Made by a program: the position numbers and the translations under genes. From assembly GCF_021028975.2 (NCBI RefSeq), contig NC_059427.1:52080001-52144000 (forward strand): a DNA stretch of 64,000 nt, given 5' to 3'. Below are positions 38,726-50,900 of the stretch, one piece after another. The notes beneath the pieces are model-generated. The model did no database searches and was not told the origin of the DNA. It saw nothing but the letters and a program-made list of their open reading frames with translations. Origin of the DNA: Sphaerodactylus townsendi (Eukaryota). Positions within the stretch are counted from its first letter, which is position 1, and the number at the start of each line of letters is the position of its first letter.

Positions 38726-39189
38726 GTAACCTTCCCTGATCTCACTAATCTCCCTCCACTCTTCCACCTTCCAATGCATTGTCTTCCCACCCTCCTTTCA
38801 AGTATTGTGACTGTGGTAAGCTTTGAGCATGTGAAACTTCTGGAGGGTGGGGCATGCTTTAAATACAGCGGTTGATGTTTTTGGGGCTAGTGACTGTTAA
38901 TGTTTTAGAATACCCATTGCACCCCTGTTTCCATGCCCACCCTGCCTTGTGCTCTGCTGAGGCACAGCAAGCCCTGGAGCAGCCTGAGGTTGATTTGGGT
39001 GGAGGGGGAGAGGACACGCTCATCTCTCCTCCCCCTGACTTTTAAACTGGGAGCTATGATATTCTTGACTTTACCAAAGGTCACAAGTAGACCTGCCCCC
39101 TCAACTGATGGACTTGGCCTTCACCAAATAACCTAATTTTATGCTCTGAAAAAGGGGTTGGGGACAAGAACACAAAGCCCGTTCACATG

Positions 39190-39400
39190 CTTTGTGTGTC
39201 TTCAAGTCACTTCAGACTTATGAATCAATGACCTCCAAAACATCCTCTCAGTACCCTTGTTCAGGTCTTGCAAACTTAGGACGGTGGCTCCTTTTGTTGA
39301 ATCAATCCATCTCAATGTTTCCTAGCATTATTGTCCTTTCCAGTGAGTCTTTTCCAGTGATTAAAATACAGTGGCTTCAGTTTAGTCATTTTAGTTTCTA
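39190..39400 (-). mobile_element. RTE-BovB-like 3' fragment inside the Pack-hAT
   Basis: tgtgtgtcttcaagtcacttcagacttatg...caggtcttgcaaact...gaatcaatccatctc...ttcctagcattattgtc resembles a reverse-complemented squamate BovB 3' end. Confidence 0.65.
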
Positions 39401-42400
39401 GCAGCATAATTACTAGATAAAGCTTTTCTTGAGCTATATTTTTTAGGCCGTGAAGGAGAGCGAGGTGTTTTTGGTGTTTTCCTTGTCAACGTTATGTGTG
39501 CTTCTATTTCAAGAAATGTCCAGGAAAAAGCTAAGCTGAAAAACTTTCTCCTTGGGTTGGGCGTTTATGTATGCAGAGGGATTGAGCGAATATCCAAACA
39601 TTATAGATTGATAAAATAATGTAAAAGTGTTATTATTCATTAACAGTTCATAGAGGTAAACATAAGTTACTTTATCATCTAAATGATTTGTTGATTATAT
39701 ACATATATCAAAAGAAAAATGTGTGTATAATATATGGGGGGCATTTTGTACTTTTGTCCCCCTTAAAAATGTAGATCCAACCCTGGGTTGGATCCAATCC
39801 AATAACCTAAGTCCTAGGTAAAGTGAGTTTAGACTCCTCTCTTCTTATGCTGAACATTGAAAGAGGATCTATCGAAGTAAAAGTTGAGGTGTTTTTGCAG
39901 AGAACTCTATCAAAGCATCTACTGCTCAGAAGAAGTTAAAAGAACCTTTGCCTGCATCTCATAGGAATGTATTAAACTGCCTTATTTTGTGTCAAAACGT
40001 TAGTCCATCTAGATTAGTGATATCTTCTTTGACTTGAAGTGGCGCTCCAACATCTCAAGTGAATAAGTCTCTGTGCTATGTGACCTCATTTACCTAAAAA
40101 TACTACTAAGTGAAACTGGAACCTTCTGCATGCAAAGCATATTGCCTTGTTACTAAGGTGTGGCCCTTCCAGGGCTGCAGTTTTTTTGCCAGGGGTGGAG
40201 GATCCCCTATGCTGGCTCTCATTTCCCACCACTTTTCAAAGCAGTGACTGTCTGCATGATATTACCTCTGGGGAAAATCCAGAAGTAACGTCGTGCTTCT
40301 CTAGGAATCACCAGAAACCACAGTTTCCAGACATTCCTATAGCGGTATGACATTACTTCCAAGTTCCCCCCGGAAGTGATGTCATGCCTGGGGTGACGGT
40401 GTCCCCCATGTCTCCACTCCCTAGATTCCTGGCACTTGGCAGACCATGCATGTTGCTTAGACTCCTCCCCTAGTGTTAGTTCATGTGGAAATGAGCCAAT
40501 GTACAGAGCAATATGGGACTGTGTCAGGGGGCAGGGCCAAAGTTGCTTTCCCCTTCAGCCAAAACTTGATTCAAAATGTGTCCCCATTGAAAAAAACAAA
40601 CTGGCCACCAACCAAACAAGTTGGTCTTACAGAGTTTGATGTGAGTTGCTGATTTAATTGTCTTTCTCTCTTTGCTTTATTTTTTGAAATAAAAAACTCT
40701 GACCTATACATATACACCTACATGCACCAGAGAATGAAAATCAGCTTTGAGAGTATTGCATGCCAGAAATGGTAATGATTTCAAGATTCCTGAAAAGTTT
40801 ATTTAGGCATTTCAATGAACCTTATATAAAAAAGGAGCATATCTACAGTAATAAGTAGATACGGTACAGATGGGTTCCAAAATTTTTGATTTGGGGCTTT
40901 GCAGAACATTGGTTTCAAGTTAAGGAAGAGGCAGAACATTAAACGCTATGATTGCAATGTGCCTAACAAACTGCAGGAAATAGAAGCTAAGTAAGGCAAA
41001 GCCCTCAGCTCCACTAAGAGAGCCCCACGTCTGTGCAGAAGAGACTTGGGTTTCAGCCAGTGAGTTACTTAAAACATACAAGAAACAAAAGACAAATGAT
41101 TTTGACCCCAAGATATAACTCCATTTTGTGATATCCAAAATATTGTCAGTCATTTGTATACGAAGGGTACATTTGCATGTTTACTTGCCCGCCAAAGTCT
41201 GTGGTTTCCCCTTATTTCCTTGGATTATGATCCCGCCACTTTGCTAAGTCCTGTTTCATTCTGTTTTATTATTTCACTGTGCATTTTTGTTGCATGGTGA
41301 ATTAAATATCATAGTGCTGATCTTGAATTAGGGAGAAGGGGATTCTGCCTTTTCACGATAGTTATCATCCAAAGATAGTGGCTCTCCATGGCCCCCTCTC
41401 TTCATGGCATTTCTTCAGAGGTAAGATGTGCTCATGTGGGGTGATGAAATATGTGTGTATTCCACATTTGCAGAAGGTGAGAATTACTGTCTGCTTGGTG
41501 TGTTATCCCCAGCCTATAAGACAGAGACCACATTGATCACATACTTCTGATAATACTACTTGTTTGCCATGATTAGTTCCATTATTTTTAGACAGTAAAT
41601 TAGATTTATTTAGTACCAGCCATGTGCTAGGGAGGGGGGTACATAATGGCAAACAATAACATTCTGATAACAGCAACAGCAGGTAATAATGAAGTAATAA
41701 AAGAAGAGAAAAGCAACTGGTGGCCAAAGGCCGAGTCCAACCTTGATGAATAACACATTTGGCCTATAATTAGTTAGGAAATAGCTAGTTAATTTTACAG
41801 TGTGAACTTAGTTGTCTGATGATCTCCCCTTCCCCTCAGATGCCCATATATACTTCAGATGCTCAAAAGTCCTTGAGTTGGGGTCCTGGACTTCTGTTCC
41901 AAAGATCCAGTTCAGAGAGTACTACTGCCCTGATCTGCAGGGTGCTCTTGATGATTTTCCTCAGCCACTTTCTCTGTGAGTCAAGATCCTGCTCAGAGTA
42001 TCTAAATGACTTTCTTACCAGTGCAAATAATGGCAGGTGTTTGGGTAGAGCATTTTCTGAATTGAAGGGCTTTAGCTGCTCACTGTGCGAGCCAAACTGG
42101 ATGTTACCGTGGCTGTGGGTCTGACCTGTGACCGCTGCTGCCATTTCAGAGAAGAATTTGGTCATTTAAAAATGCTAAGGGGGCCAAATCCTCATTGGCC
42201 CTGTGCTGTGGCTTTTCATCACCTCCTGCACCTTTCCCAATTCCCAAACTGCCCCCTCATGGCTTGGAAAGGTGTGGCGGGACACAGAATTGCCTGGTCC
42301 TGCCATACTGTGGGCCCAGTCAGGGTTGCCTGCTTGCAGCACTTTTTAAATGGTGAAATTCTTAAAACAGCACTGGTGGCCATGAATCGGGCCAACGGCT

Positions 42401-42639
42401 GCTCTAATGTCTAGTCTGGCCCTAAGGCACAAACAAAAGGGCGCTATAATTCCTGATCCCTGCTGTTTATGGCGACAGAGGATTACTTTGAGCAGCAACT
42501 GAGTCACGTAAGGGCAGAACTCTGGCAAAGCATCTGCTGTTTTCAAACTGAATAGAAATTACTTTGCTTCCATTTCCAGGAATCAGTCAATGGACAGGGA
42601 CGATACTGCGAATCATTTAGCCCTTGTATTATTCAGAAT

Positions 42640-42850
42640 TACGGTGCTGAGGTGGTGGCTGGAGATTTCCTGGGATCATAACTGATCTCCAGGTGATAAA
42701 GATCAGTTCACCCTGAAGAAAGTACCACTTTGGAAGGCAGACTGGATAGCATTATATCCCATTGCAGTCCCTCCCCTCCCTAAATCCCACCTTCTTCAGA
42801 CACCACCCTCAAATCTCCAGGTGTTTCCCAACCCGGAGCTGGCAACCCCA
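42640..42850. mobile_element. TAGGGTTGCC-family hAT-like MITE
   Basis: Ends in gagctggcaacccca; body matches the 2612 and 16149 copies. Confidence 0.7.
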
Positions 42851-45748
42851 TTTATCATCCTCCTATTTTAAAAACAATGTTTTGCTGATCAGCAGTGCAG
42901 TCACAACAACTTTGCTACAACTATATGCCCAGTAACAAAACACTTTGGCATGTAAAGGCCATTGTGGCGTTTGGCGATGCATGCGAAGCACGAAAGGCCG
43001 TCTTTTAAGCCGTTTGGCCTCCTCCAGTCCAGTTGCAGTAGAGTTATTATCATGGTGAGCATTTCAAGGTTGAACTCAGCAGAGGCAAGTTTTAACTGGA
43101 CTCTGAACTGCCCAAGGAGCCAGTGGGATTGTTTGAAGTGTGGGAGAAGATGCAATCTCACTCTGGAGGCATGAGGCAGTGAAAAGCAGCCCTGTGTGTC
43201 CTGGGATCTAGAAAGCTGGGTGCTTAGTACACCAACAAGGAGTGGATTTCAACAGCTGGACCTATGGCTCGAGTGCTCCAGGCACAAATCAGGAAAAGCT
43301 AACTGTCTGTGCGCTCACCCTGGTGGTAAAAGTTTGCTTGAGCCGCCTTATCTAATCTCTCTCCTTACATTTGCTGGGTGAAAGCATTCATTGCAACATG
43401 TTGCCCTATGAGTACTTACCCGCTGTGGTTGTTTGCATATGTGTCTACTGATGTAGAGGAAGATAAGGAGCCTGCCCCACTTTTATAGATTAGTCAATCC
43501 AAACTGGTCCTGCTGGCAGCTGTAGCTGTGCTTGTTACCTGTGGGCCATGTGTTATCAGGGGTGTAAATCAGCAGAGCAAAGCTCTGTTTATACACATAA
43601 ATTGCCCTGATCTGACAGTTTTAATACTGTCTTGACTCTTTTACCCTGAGCAGGGGATAGTCAGTCAAATGGTGACATTAGTGTTGGGAAGCAGCTGACT
43701 GGCTTATAAAAGGACTCAGCATTGGGGGGGGGGGGCTTGGATTTCTGATGCGAGCTGCCCCTTCCCAAAGGCTTGACCACTGACGCATGTGCGCCCTCGA
43801 GGGAGAAAGGACGCTGAAACATACCTGTCAAACAGGAAGTTATTGGCTCACCCTTTTGCTAAATTACTACCTGGAGCACCAGTGAGCGGGCACTGAAATG
43901 GAGAACAGTGCCTGTTCCCCTACAGACGTGATTCAAAGCATGCAAATCTCTGCGCTTGGAGGCTTGATCAAGCCAGGAGCAAATCTTGCCACGTGAAGTT
44001 CCAGTGCAGAGAACTATGCCCTCCTTATCCCACCAGCTCAGTCTAGCTGCAGGGTGAAATTCTATGAGACTCACTTCTCAGTTCAGATGGACTTCTTTTT
44101 CATTGCCACCAGGCTGCACATTTGTTCCTCACTGCATATGGGGTTTCATAACATTCCTCTCTCGGAAGGAAGGAACTGCATGTGTCTAGGAATGTGTTGC
44201 AATATTTTATCTTTGGGAAAAATTTAAATACACGTAGTCCTTATGTATTGTTCTGTGGTTGTGTGCAAGTTTCACAGGTGCTTGCCGGATAGCATATGTG
44301 ATGGACAACAAATGTCCAACCCCACATCCACAACACTTTGATAAGTTTAATGAGTTTAAATAAATTTTGAACCATTTAGAAAGCTGTTTAGTATGCTCTC
44401 TGCATTTATTCCAGCTTTTCATATTTCCCAGGAATGGAAAAGCTTCTGTCCCCTGACTCCTTTCTCTGGGACAGCTCCATTCATATTTACCCTCGGGATG
44501 TCTTTGCGAGACTTTGCAAGCTCTCATATACACTAATGCTCACGTCCACTTTTTCTGCAAGTCTTTAGGAATGCAAACTACACATGGCGCTGGCAGAACC
44601 ATTTGTTTAACTTAAAGTGGGGAAGTGTGAGTTCAGTTTTTTTTTAGTTACAGGCACATAGAGCTGAGAGGATTGAGCTTTGTCCCACTGTTTACCTTAT
44701 GCCCTTGCCTGTTCCCCCTTACCCCAGACTAGCTTATTTCTAGGCTGATTATACACTGGTGCTCTGCCACACAGCAAGGGTATGTTTCCTTGGCCGCATA
44801 GTTTTCTTTGCAGATGCACTCACACTTACGGCCTCACATATCCTGAAAGCCCTGTGATTCCTGACAGTGGGCAAACCCTTTTGCTTCCCCTTGCATCAGG
44901 GTTTCTGCTTTTTCCAGTTCCCCACCACCACCACTCCTTGCTAGTATTTCCGGAGGATTGACGGCTGGCTTTCCCCCCAAAACAAAAATGATAATGAGCC
45001 TGCACAGTAGTGATGTGAGGAATATTGATATGAAATTTAAACGGTTCAAAAGAACCCCCCCCCCCAGCAATCTTGCAGTCTTGTGAAAAATATTGATACT
45101 GTCCTTTTTGCATGTTCCCACTTCTTCCTCCATCTCCCTTTTCCCATCCTCCAGTCTCCCATTTCTTTCTCAGTGGCGGGGCAGGGGGGGGGGAGCAGGG
45201 GCTTGCTCACCCATGGCATCCTCCTCCATAGCCAATGATTAATAGCGCCTCCCCCACCCCTCTGCACTCTCCAGCACTGCAGCCGAGGGAGGGAGCAAGA
45301 CTTTGCCATGGAAGAATATTGATATAAAATGTAAAGGGTTTAAAATAAAAAGTCATGAATCTTGCATTCCATGAGGAGTGACCGGGAAGTGAGGGTAGGC
45401 AAGCCGTGCAGCAGGCATTGGGGTGCCTCCTCATGTGTAAACAAGGAAACGTGAGAAGATTCCCCAAATACTATACCTCTCACTCCCACCTGGAGACTGA
45501 TGACAAGACAATCAGGTCTTGACAGAAGACCACACTGCAACCCCACTGCAGAGCAGGGAGCATTGTGGAAAGCACTCCATGCATAATGGGCCTTAGTATT
45601 GGATCTCAGCTAGGGGAAGAGGAAGTGTTGAATGAGAGAGGCTGCAGTGAGGCAAGGCCTGGAAATTAGCATCACTCTTTACTTGAAACATTGGGCCCCT
45701 TCCTTAACTTGTAGTATGTATGTGTAAATGCACAGTCTCAGAGCTACA

Positions 45749-45967
45749 TAGGGTTGCTAACTCCAGTTTGAAAAATGTGTGGAGATTTGGAGGTGGAGCC
45801 TGGAGAGGGTGGAGTTTGGGGAGGGGAGGGGGCTCAGCAGAGTTGTAATGCCATGGAAACCACCCTCCAAAGCAGCCATTTTCTCCAGGGCAACTGCTCT
45901 TTGGAGTTTTGAGATCAGTTGAAATTACAGGAGGTCTCCAGTTGACACTTGGGGGTTGGCAATCATA
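45749..45967. mobile_element. TAGGGTTGCC-family hAT-like MITE
   Basis: tagggttgcta...ggttggcaatcata termini. Confidence 0.75.
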
Positions 45968-47425
45968 GTAGAAAGGTGTTGTTTCCTTTTTCCATCTTCA
46001 ATCTCTTACCCAGATAGAAAATGTCATTAAATGCATTCATGGCTGATTTCCACTCTATATATACAGGCTGTGTCCAGAGAATCCACCCTGTGTATTGTGT
46101 AACAATAATATGTGAGTGCCTTAATTCCTACACTTAAAAACTCGTGAGTTTCCTCTACAGGACAAACAGCAGCCTCCAAACTATCTCCAATCAGGAAAAT
46201 GTTCTGGAGGGGATGTTGAAAGCACTCCTTCATGCATACCATATTTGCAATCCAAATTAGGAGCTGTGTATGTAGAAACTGAGGAACTCACACGCGACTG
46301 TTGCAAAGGACTCAGGGTCAGGACCCTGGATTCAAACAGCTGACTCCATAATGTGGGAAATGACCCTAATCATTGCACGATATGTGTGATCAAATTCTTT
46401 CTGAGATGCTTCTATTGAACATTCTTAACTTTTAAAAACGAAAGAAACTGGTCGTAACTATGATGACTATGAGCTAGTGCCGATCAGGTTGAGCATTGCG
46501 GGAGGGGGGAGATTCTGTGTACAGCAGAATGAAAAGAGTCTTCAGCAGTGTGTAATAACAGCGGTTTATTTACTTAACCCCACAGCTGTTTGTTCCACAG
46601 TGGGGTTTTCTCACAGTTTTGTGTCTGCACAGGGATTCTCCCCCTGCAAAGTGTCCCTGGCTGACCCAATCCATCATTTTGCTCGCCCACTGCTTCCTTG
46701 TTCTTTCCTTGCAACTTCCATTCAGGGAGGTTGCCCGCTGCCTACTTTTTCCTGCTGTGTTTGAGGTAGCATTACTTTGCTAGACCTTGTCAATTTCATG
46801 TCAATTTCAGTGTTAACATTTTTTTTTTAAAAGCCATTCTGATTGTTTTGAAATGGTGGCCCAAAGAGTGGGAGAAACTACTGCTCTGTTGGCAGGGAAA
46901 GGCAAGGAGCAGTGAGAAAACTCAGTGCACAGTAATCTCTCCCTGTGAAGGGAAAGAAAAAGTCTCACTTTAAGAGGTTTCTGAAACTGTGGGGATTTTC
47001 TGATCTGAGAGCACAGTGAGTTCGGAAGAGGGGAAAACATGTATGTAACTGAGAATCAAACCCGAAGAGAATGTACGCTCAATGCAAAGGAGACCACAGG
47101 TGTGTAAATGGCCAAGAACAGTTACTGTGCAGTTTGCATTTCAGACACACAAGTATTCCTGTGAAATATGGAGCCTCCCCTTCAAATCAATGTTATCTTC
47201 TCTGTTGCAGCAATCCTTTTTTGTGAAATATTTACTTCCTTTTCTTTCTGTAGTTCTTGGCATCTCCTCTTTGGTGCAAGATCACTCATCTACCTTCAAA
47301 TAATTTAAAAACATGGCCAGGACTGGCAGCCCCCTGGTTGGCACCGCCACGTTCCATGACCTCCCATTTGTTGTATGGGAGCAAAATATTGTGTCCTTTT
47401 TACTGGAGAGGAAGAAAGGCACTAA

Positions 47426-47956
47426 GACCCATTCCGCATGGGCCAGGGAAGCAACTGCACATCGGAATATATGATGCTGGTGGAGCCCCAAGACTGCACG
47501 CACCGGTGCGGGTGGTCCTGGAGCAGCCGTGGCCCGTGGAGGCACCTTCGCACGGAGGTGCCTCTGTTTTGTTTTCTCAAACTTACCTTCTCTCCCTGTG
47601 CAGCTTCACAGGCATGAAGAGAGACACTCCAACCCCTGGGAGGGAAGGCAAGTTTGGGAAAATCAGGAGGCACATAAAAGCAATGCCACTCAGGGAGAGA
47701 AGGTACGTTTGGGAAAAACAGGAGGCACCTAAAAATGATACCTCCAACCTGGTACTGTTTGCATGGCACCAGCGGGGAAATGATGTTTCCCAAAAGCTAG
47801 AACGCTGGAAAACACTAGAAAACAGCATTCCCCTGCCAGTTGCAAGGAAAAAGCACAGCGCTGCCTCGTTGTAGAAGCGGCAGCTGTGCGAACAGCACCC
47901 CTGGAATTGTGTTTTTACCGTTCCAGAGGTGCTGTTTTTGGCCTGTGCGAAATGGG
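47426..47956. mobile_element. older PIF/Harbinger-type MITE
   Basis: cccattccgcatgggcca / tggcctgtgcgaaatggg termini; left flank taa, right terminus eroded. Confidence 0.7.
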
Positions 47957-50900
47957 AAGGGAAGAGAACCATCTAGAAAGATTTTAAACATTATTTGGGG
48001 GAAAACTCAAGTAGAGTTGCTGCCTACCCTGATTTTTTTAGGGAGAAAATCTATAAACTGATGTGAAACAAGATTTTATTCTTCCAGGGTGGAAGAATAA
48101 GAGGAATAGCATAAAAAAAGCTCTTTGGAAACAAGCTCTGAGTTTTTTCCAGAGATTCTCTGCTTATCAGATAGCTGTCATCGCACAGGAAAATTTCTAT
48201 ACTGATCAGTTTTTCCAGCTACAGAGAGAAGATACCTCTTCATATCTGTGTGACATCATGTGTGTTTTCTTCCTTGGAGATCAGTTGGAAAGCAACTAGT
48301 CAGCCTTGATTAGTCCCACCCTGTTTACTTGCACCAAAGGTAATTTCATATGCTATCACCCTGGTTCAGATTATACTTTTTCTTTGCCTGTTCCCTGCAG
48401 GATCATGTCTTCCCACTCCACTCCTAGGTATGCCTGTCTCACTTCTGCCATCCCTGGATATCCATGTAGCAACCCTACACACATGTGATACAAACAAGGG
48501 ATAGTGCCACCTGAACCACTTCGCTGCCTTGACCCCAGAAAAATCCACAACCTACAGGCAGAATTAGGGCTAACCAATTTTAAACCAATCCATCAATGAA
48601 TCTTCACATAAATAATCTTTAACTGTGGTGTGAGGTACAGCCAGCAAGTGGCCTACCAGCACTTTAAGCTAATACACCTTACCTCTAAACTCAGCCAGCA
48701 TTACTGCCAACTTTATTTACCTTAGTCTACGTATAAGATGCTGCCCGAAAAATCAGGGCTCTGCTATATGTCTACTAAGTGCACACATTACCCCTTTCAG
48801 ACTAAATGCTAATTGTGCATATTGGAAGGATCGCATGTAGCAAATTTGGTTGAAAAGGGCTAGCAACAGTTTCCCTATTGAGAAAGATGAGGGGTGACTC
48901 CAGGTATTCTTTTAATTCCTCTCTGCAATAGGTAGTCATTGGTGTCAAATAAGAAGAGGCTTCAGGGATTGGGGATTCTGTATGCTACTGTAGCAGGTTG
49001 TATGCTCCAATGCACAACTTACACACACAAACACAAAAAACCCAGCCCCTTCCTAAAACAGTTCAGAAGAGTCATCTGGAGTAGGGGTGGTTGGTGGGAC
49101 CCACACATAAACATAATATAATTAGAATGGAAAAATTTGCGGCCAACCTGACAGCCTACTTTGACAAGACTCCTTTCCCCTGAAATGCCCTGCTTGGGAT
49201 TTTCATCTTGTGCACACAATATTTTGACATTTGTGCTTTCTTGGCTTCGTTTCTGAAGCCCAATGGAGCCCACAGCCTAATGAAAATGAGGGTCATTATT
49301 TTTCCTCATCCTCTCAGGATAATAATAGCTTTTTATAATGTAAAAAAGGCAGAATTAATCTGTTTAAACTGTCTGCTTCCTGACCTGGGCTTTATCACCT
49401 GAGGGAACAGAGGCAGAACAAACTGGTCTGGTGTTTTTAAGGACTAGAAAACAAGGAAGGAAGGATGATGAATGGGACAATATAGTTTGGATTCTGAACA
49501 AGACAGAGAAAAGATAAACCTTTGGGTCCATGATCGTCTCTCTGGGAACACATTAAAAGGTAGCAGACTGGCTGCCACCCTATGGGACTGTCCCTTTTGC
49601 CTACTGGAAGCAGCCGTGGATCATGAGAGGGGGCAACACTGAGACTGGATCCCAGCCAGCTAGGGTGACACTAGGTCCCTGCACTGGTCTGACTTCCAGC
49701 TGATTGGCAGTATGGAAGCAGAGCCCTTGAGACTTCACAGCCTGACCAGAGACCTGGGGCAGTCAGCTTATGCCAGCCCTGGACAGGAGCTTGAAGTGGC
49801 CACTCCTGACCGCATTCAGCGGAAGTTTCTCTCATGAGGAGACAGGAATAAAAAGAACTAATGTATGGCCTCTGAAGTGGAATTTAAAGCTGGGTTTGAG
49901 TTGGCTGAGAAGGATGCATCATGCTGTTGAACTAGAGGAGAACATATGAGACAGGAAGACTGAGGCTGCCTTCAAATCTCCTTCCATCTTGAACTGAATG
50001 ACTGAGTGGGTGGGTGGGTGGTGTGGGGTGGTGGGGACCTTTCTGGTGAACTGGAACAGCCTGAGAGGGAGATGTCAGCAGACTCTTCTTCTTGCAGGAG
50101 CTGAAGTAGGAGGGTAAGGATATAGTGAGCAATTCACAGCATCCCTAGGATCCAGTACCACCCTGAGGCTATGAACTTGCTTCTCCTCCACAGCAAGTGC
50201 AATCCCATCTAGGACAGGTTGACCTGTCCTCCAGTAGCTTTGCCATTAACCAGCAGAACACCGGGCTGAATCTAGGGGGTGAGGGGGGCAGATGTCCCAG
50301 GGCTGTGGGCAGAGAAAGGGCAGCAGCAGGTGGAGGAGACTCAGTTGCCCTGAAGAGATGTCTCATTCTGTTGTGCGCACACTGGTTCCCCCCAATTAGG
50401 CTGCTGTCAGGATGTGGGAGAGGCTCAATTATCCAGCAGAGAAGACTTATTCTGCAATCGGGGAGGGCTTAGCCCAATGAGTCTGCTGCTAGAAGGTGGA
50501 GGAGGACCAGTTGCACAGAAGAGATGGCATGTTCTGTAGTGTGCATGGCTGATTCCCCTTCCGATTCTCCAAAGTGGCAGGCACCATATTGCAAGGGTTG
50601 GCATGGTGTCTGCCAACATATTTCCTGGTGTCCACTTGCTGCTTTAATCTTGAGACCACGAGTCACTCCTGCCAATGGATTGGCTATCAATGTGCTGAGC
50701 TCATCCTCGTACATCACAGTCATGAATCCTTAGCTTCCTGCGGTATTTTTGGAAACAGCAAACAGCATCCCTTTTCCAAAGCAAAAGCCAGTCTTGCCTT
50801 TCATCTACCTTTTTGGTTCTGAAACTACGTCAGAAGAACCCAGGAGCCATTGTATCAGCAAGGAGTGCCCATTCAGAAACAGTTGCCTTTATCATAAAAG

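Larger units (their letters stand above)
38038..39785. mobile_element. non-autonomous hAT-type transposon carrying a captured host gene fragment (Pack-hAT)
   Basis: Perfect 8-bp TSD ggttggat (38030-38037 and 39786-39793); termini cagagccagaacta and tagatccaaccctg (reverse complement cagggttggatcta); subterminal gggggc/gtccccc motifs. Confidence 0.85.

Noticed and set aside
38636-38875. The functional PAXIP1 gene or a 79-aa protein
   Set aside because: Similarity stops at the donor after DPQ. I found no exon 2 in the remaining 25 kb, the CpG island has decayed, and the segment lies inside TIR/TSD boundaries.
47257-47972. 205-, 123- and 129-aa overlapping ORFs
   Set aside because: They arise from a GC-rich Harbinger MITE.
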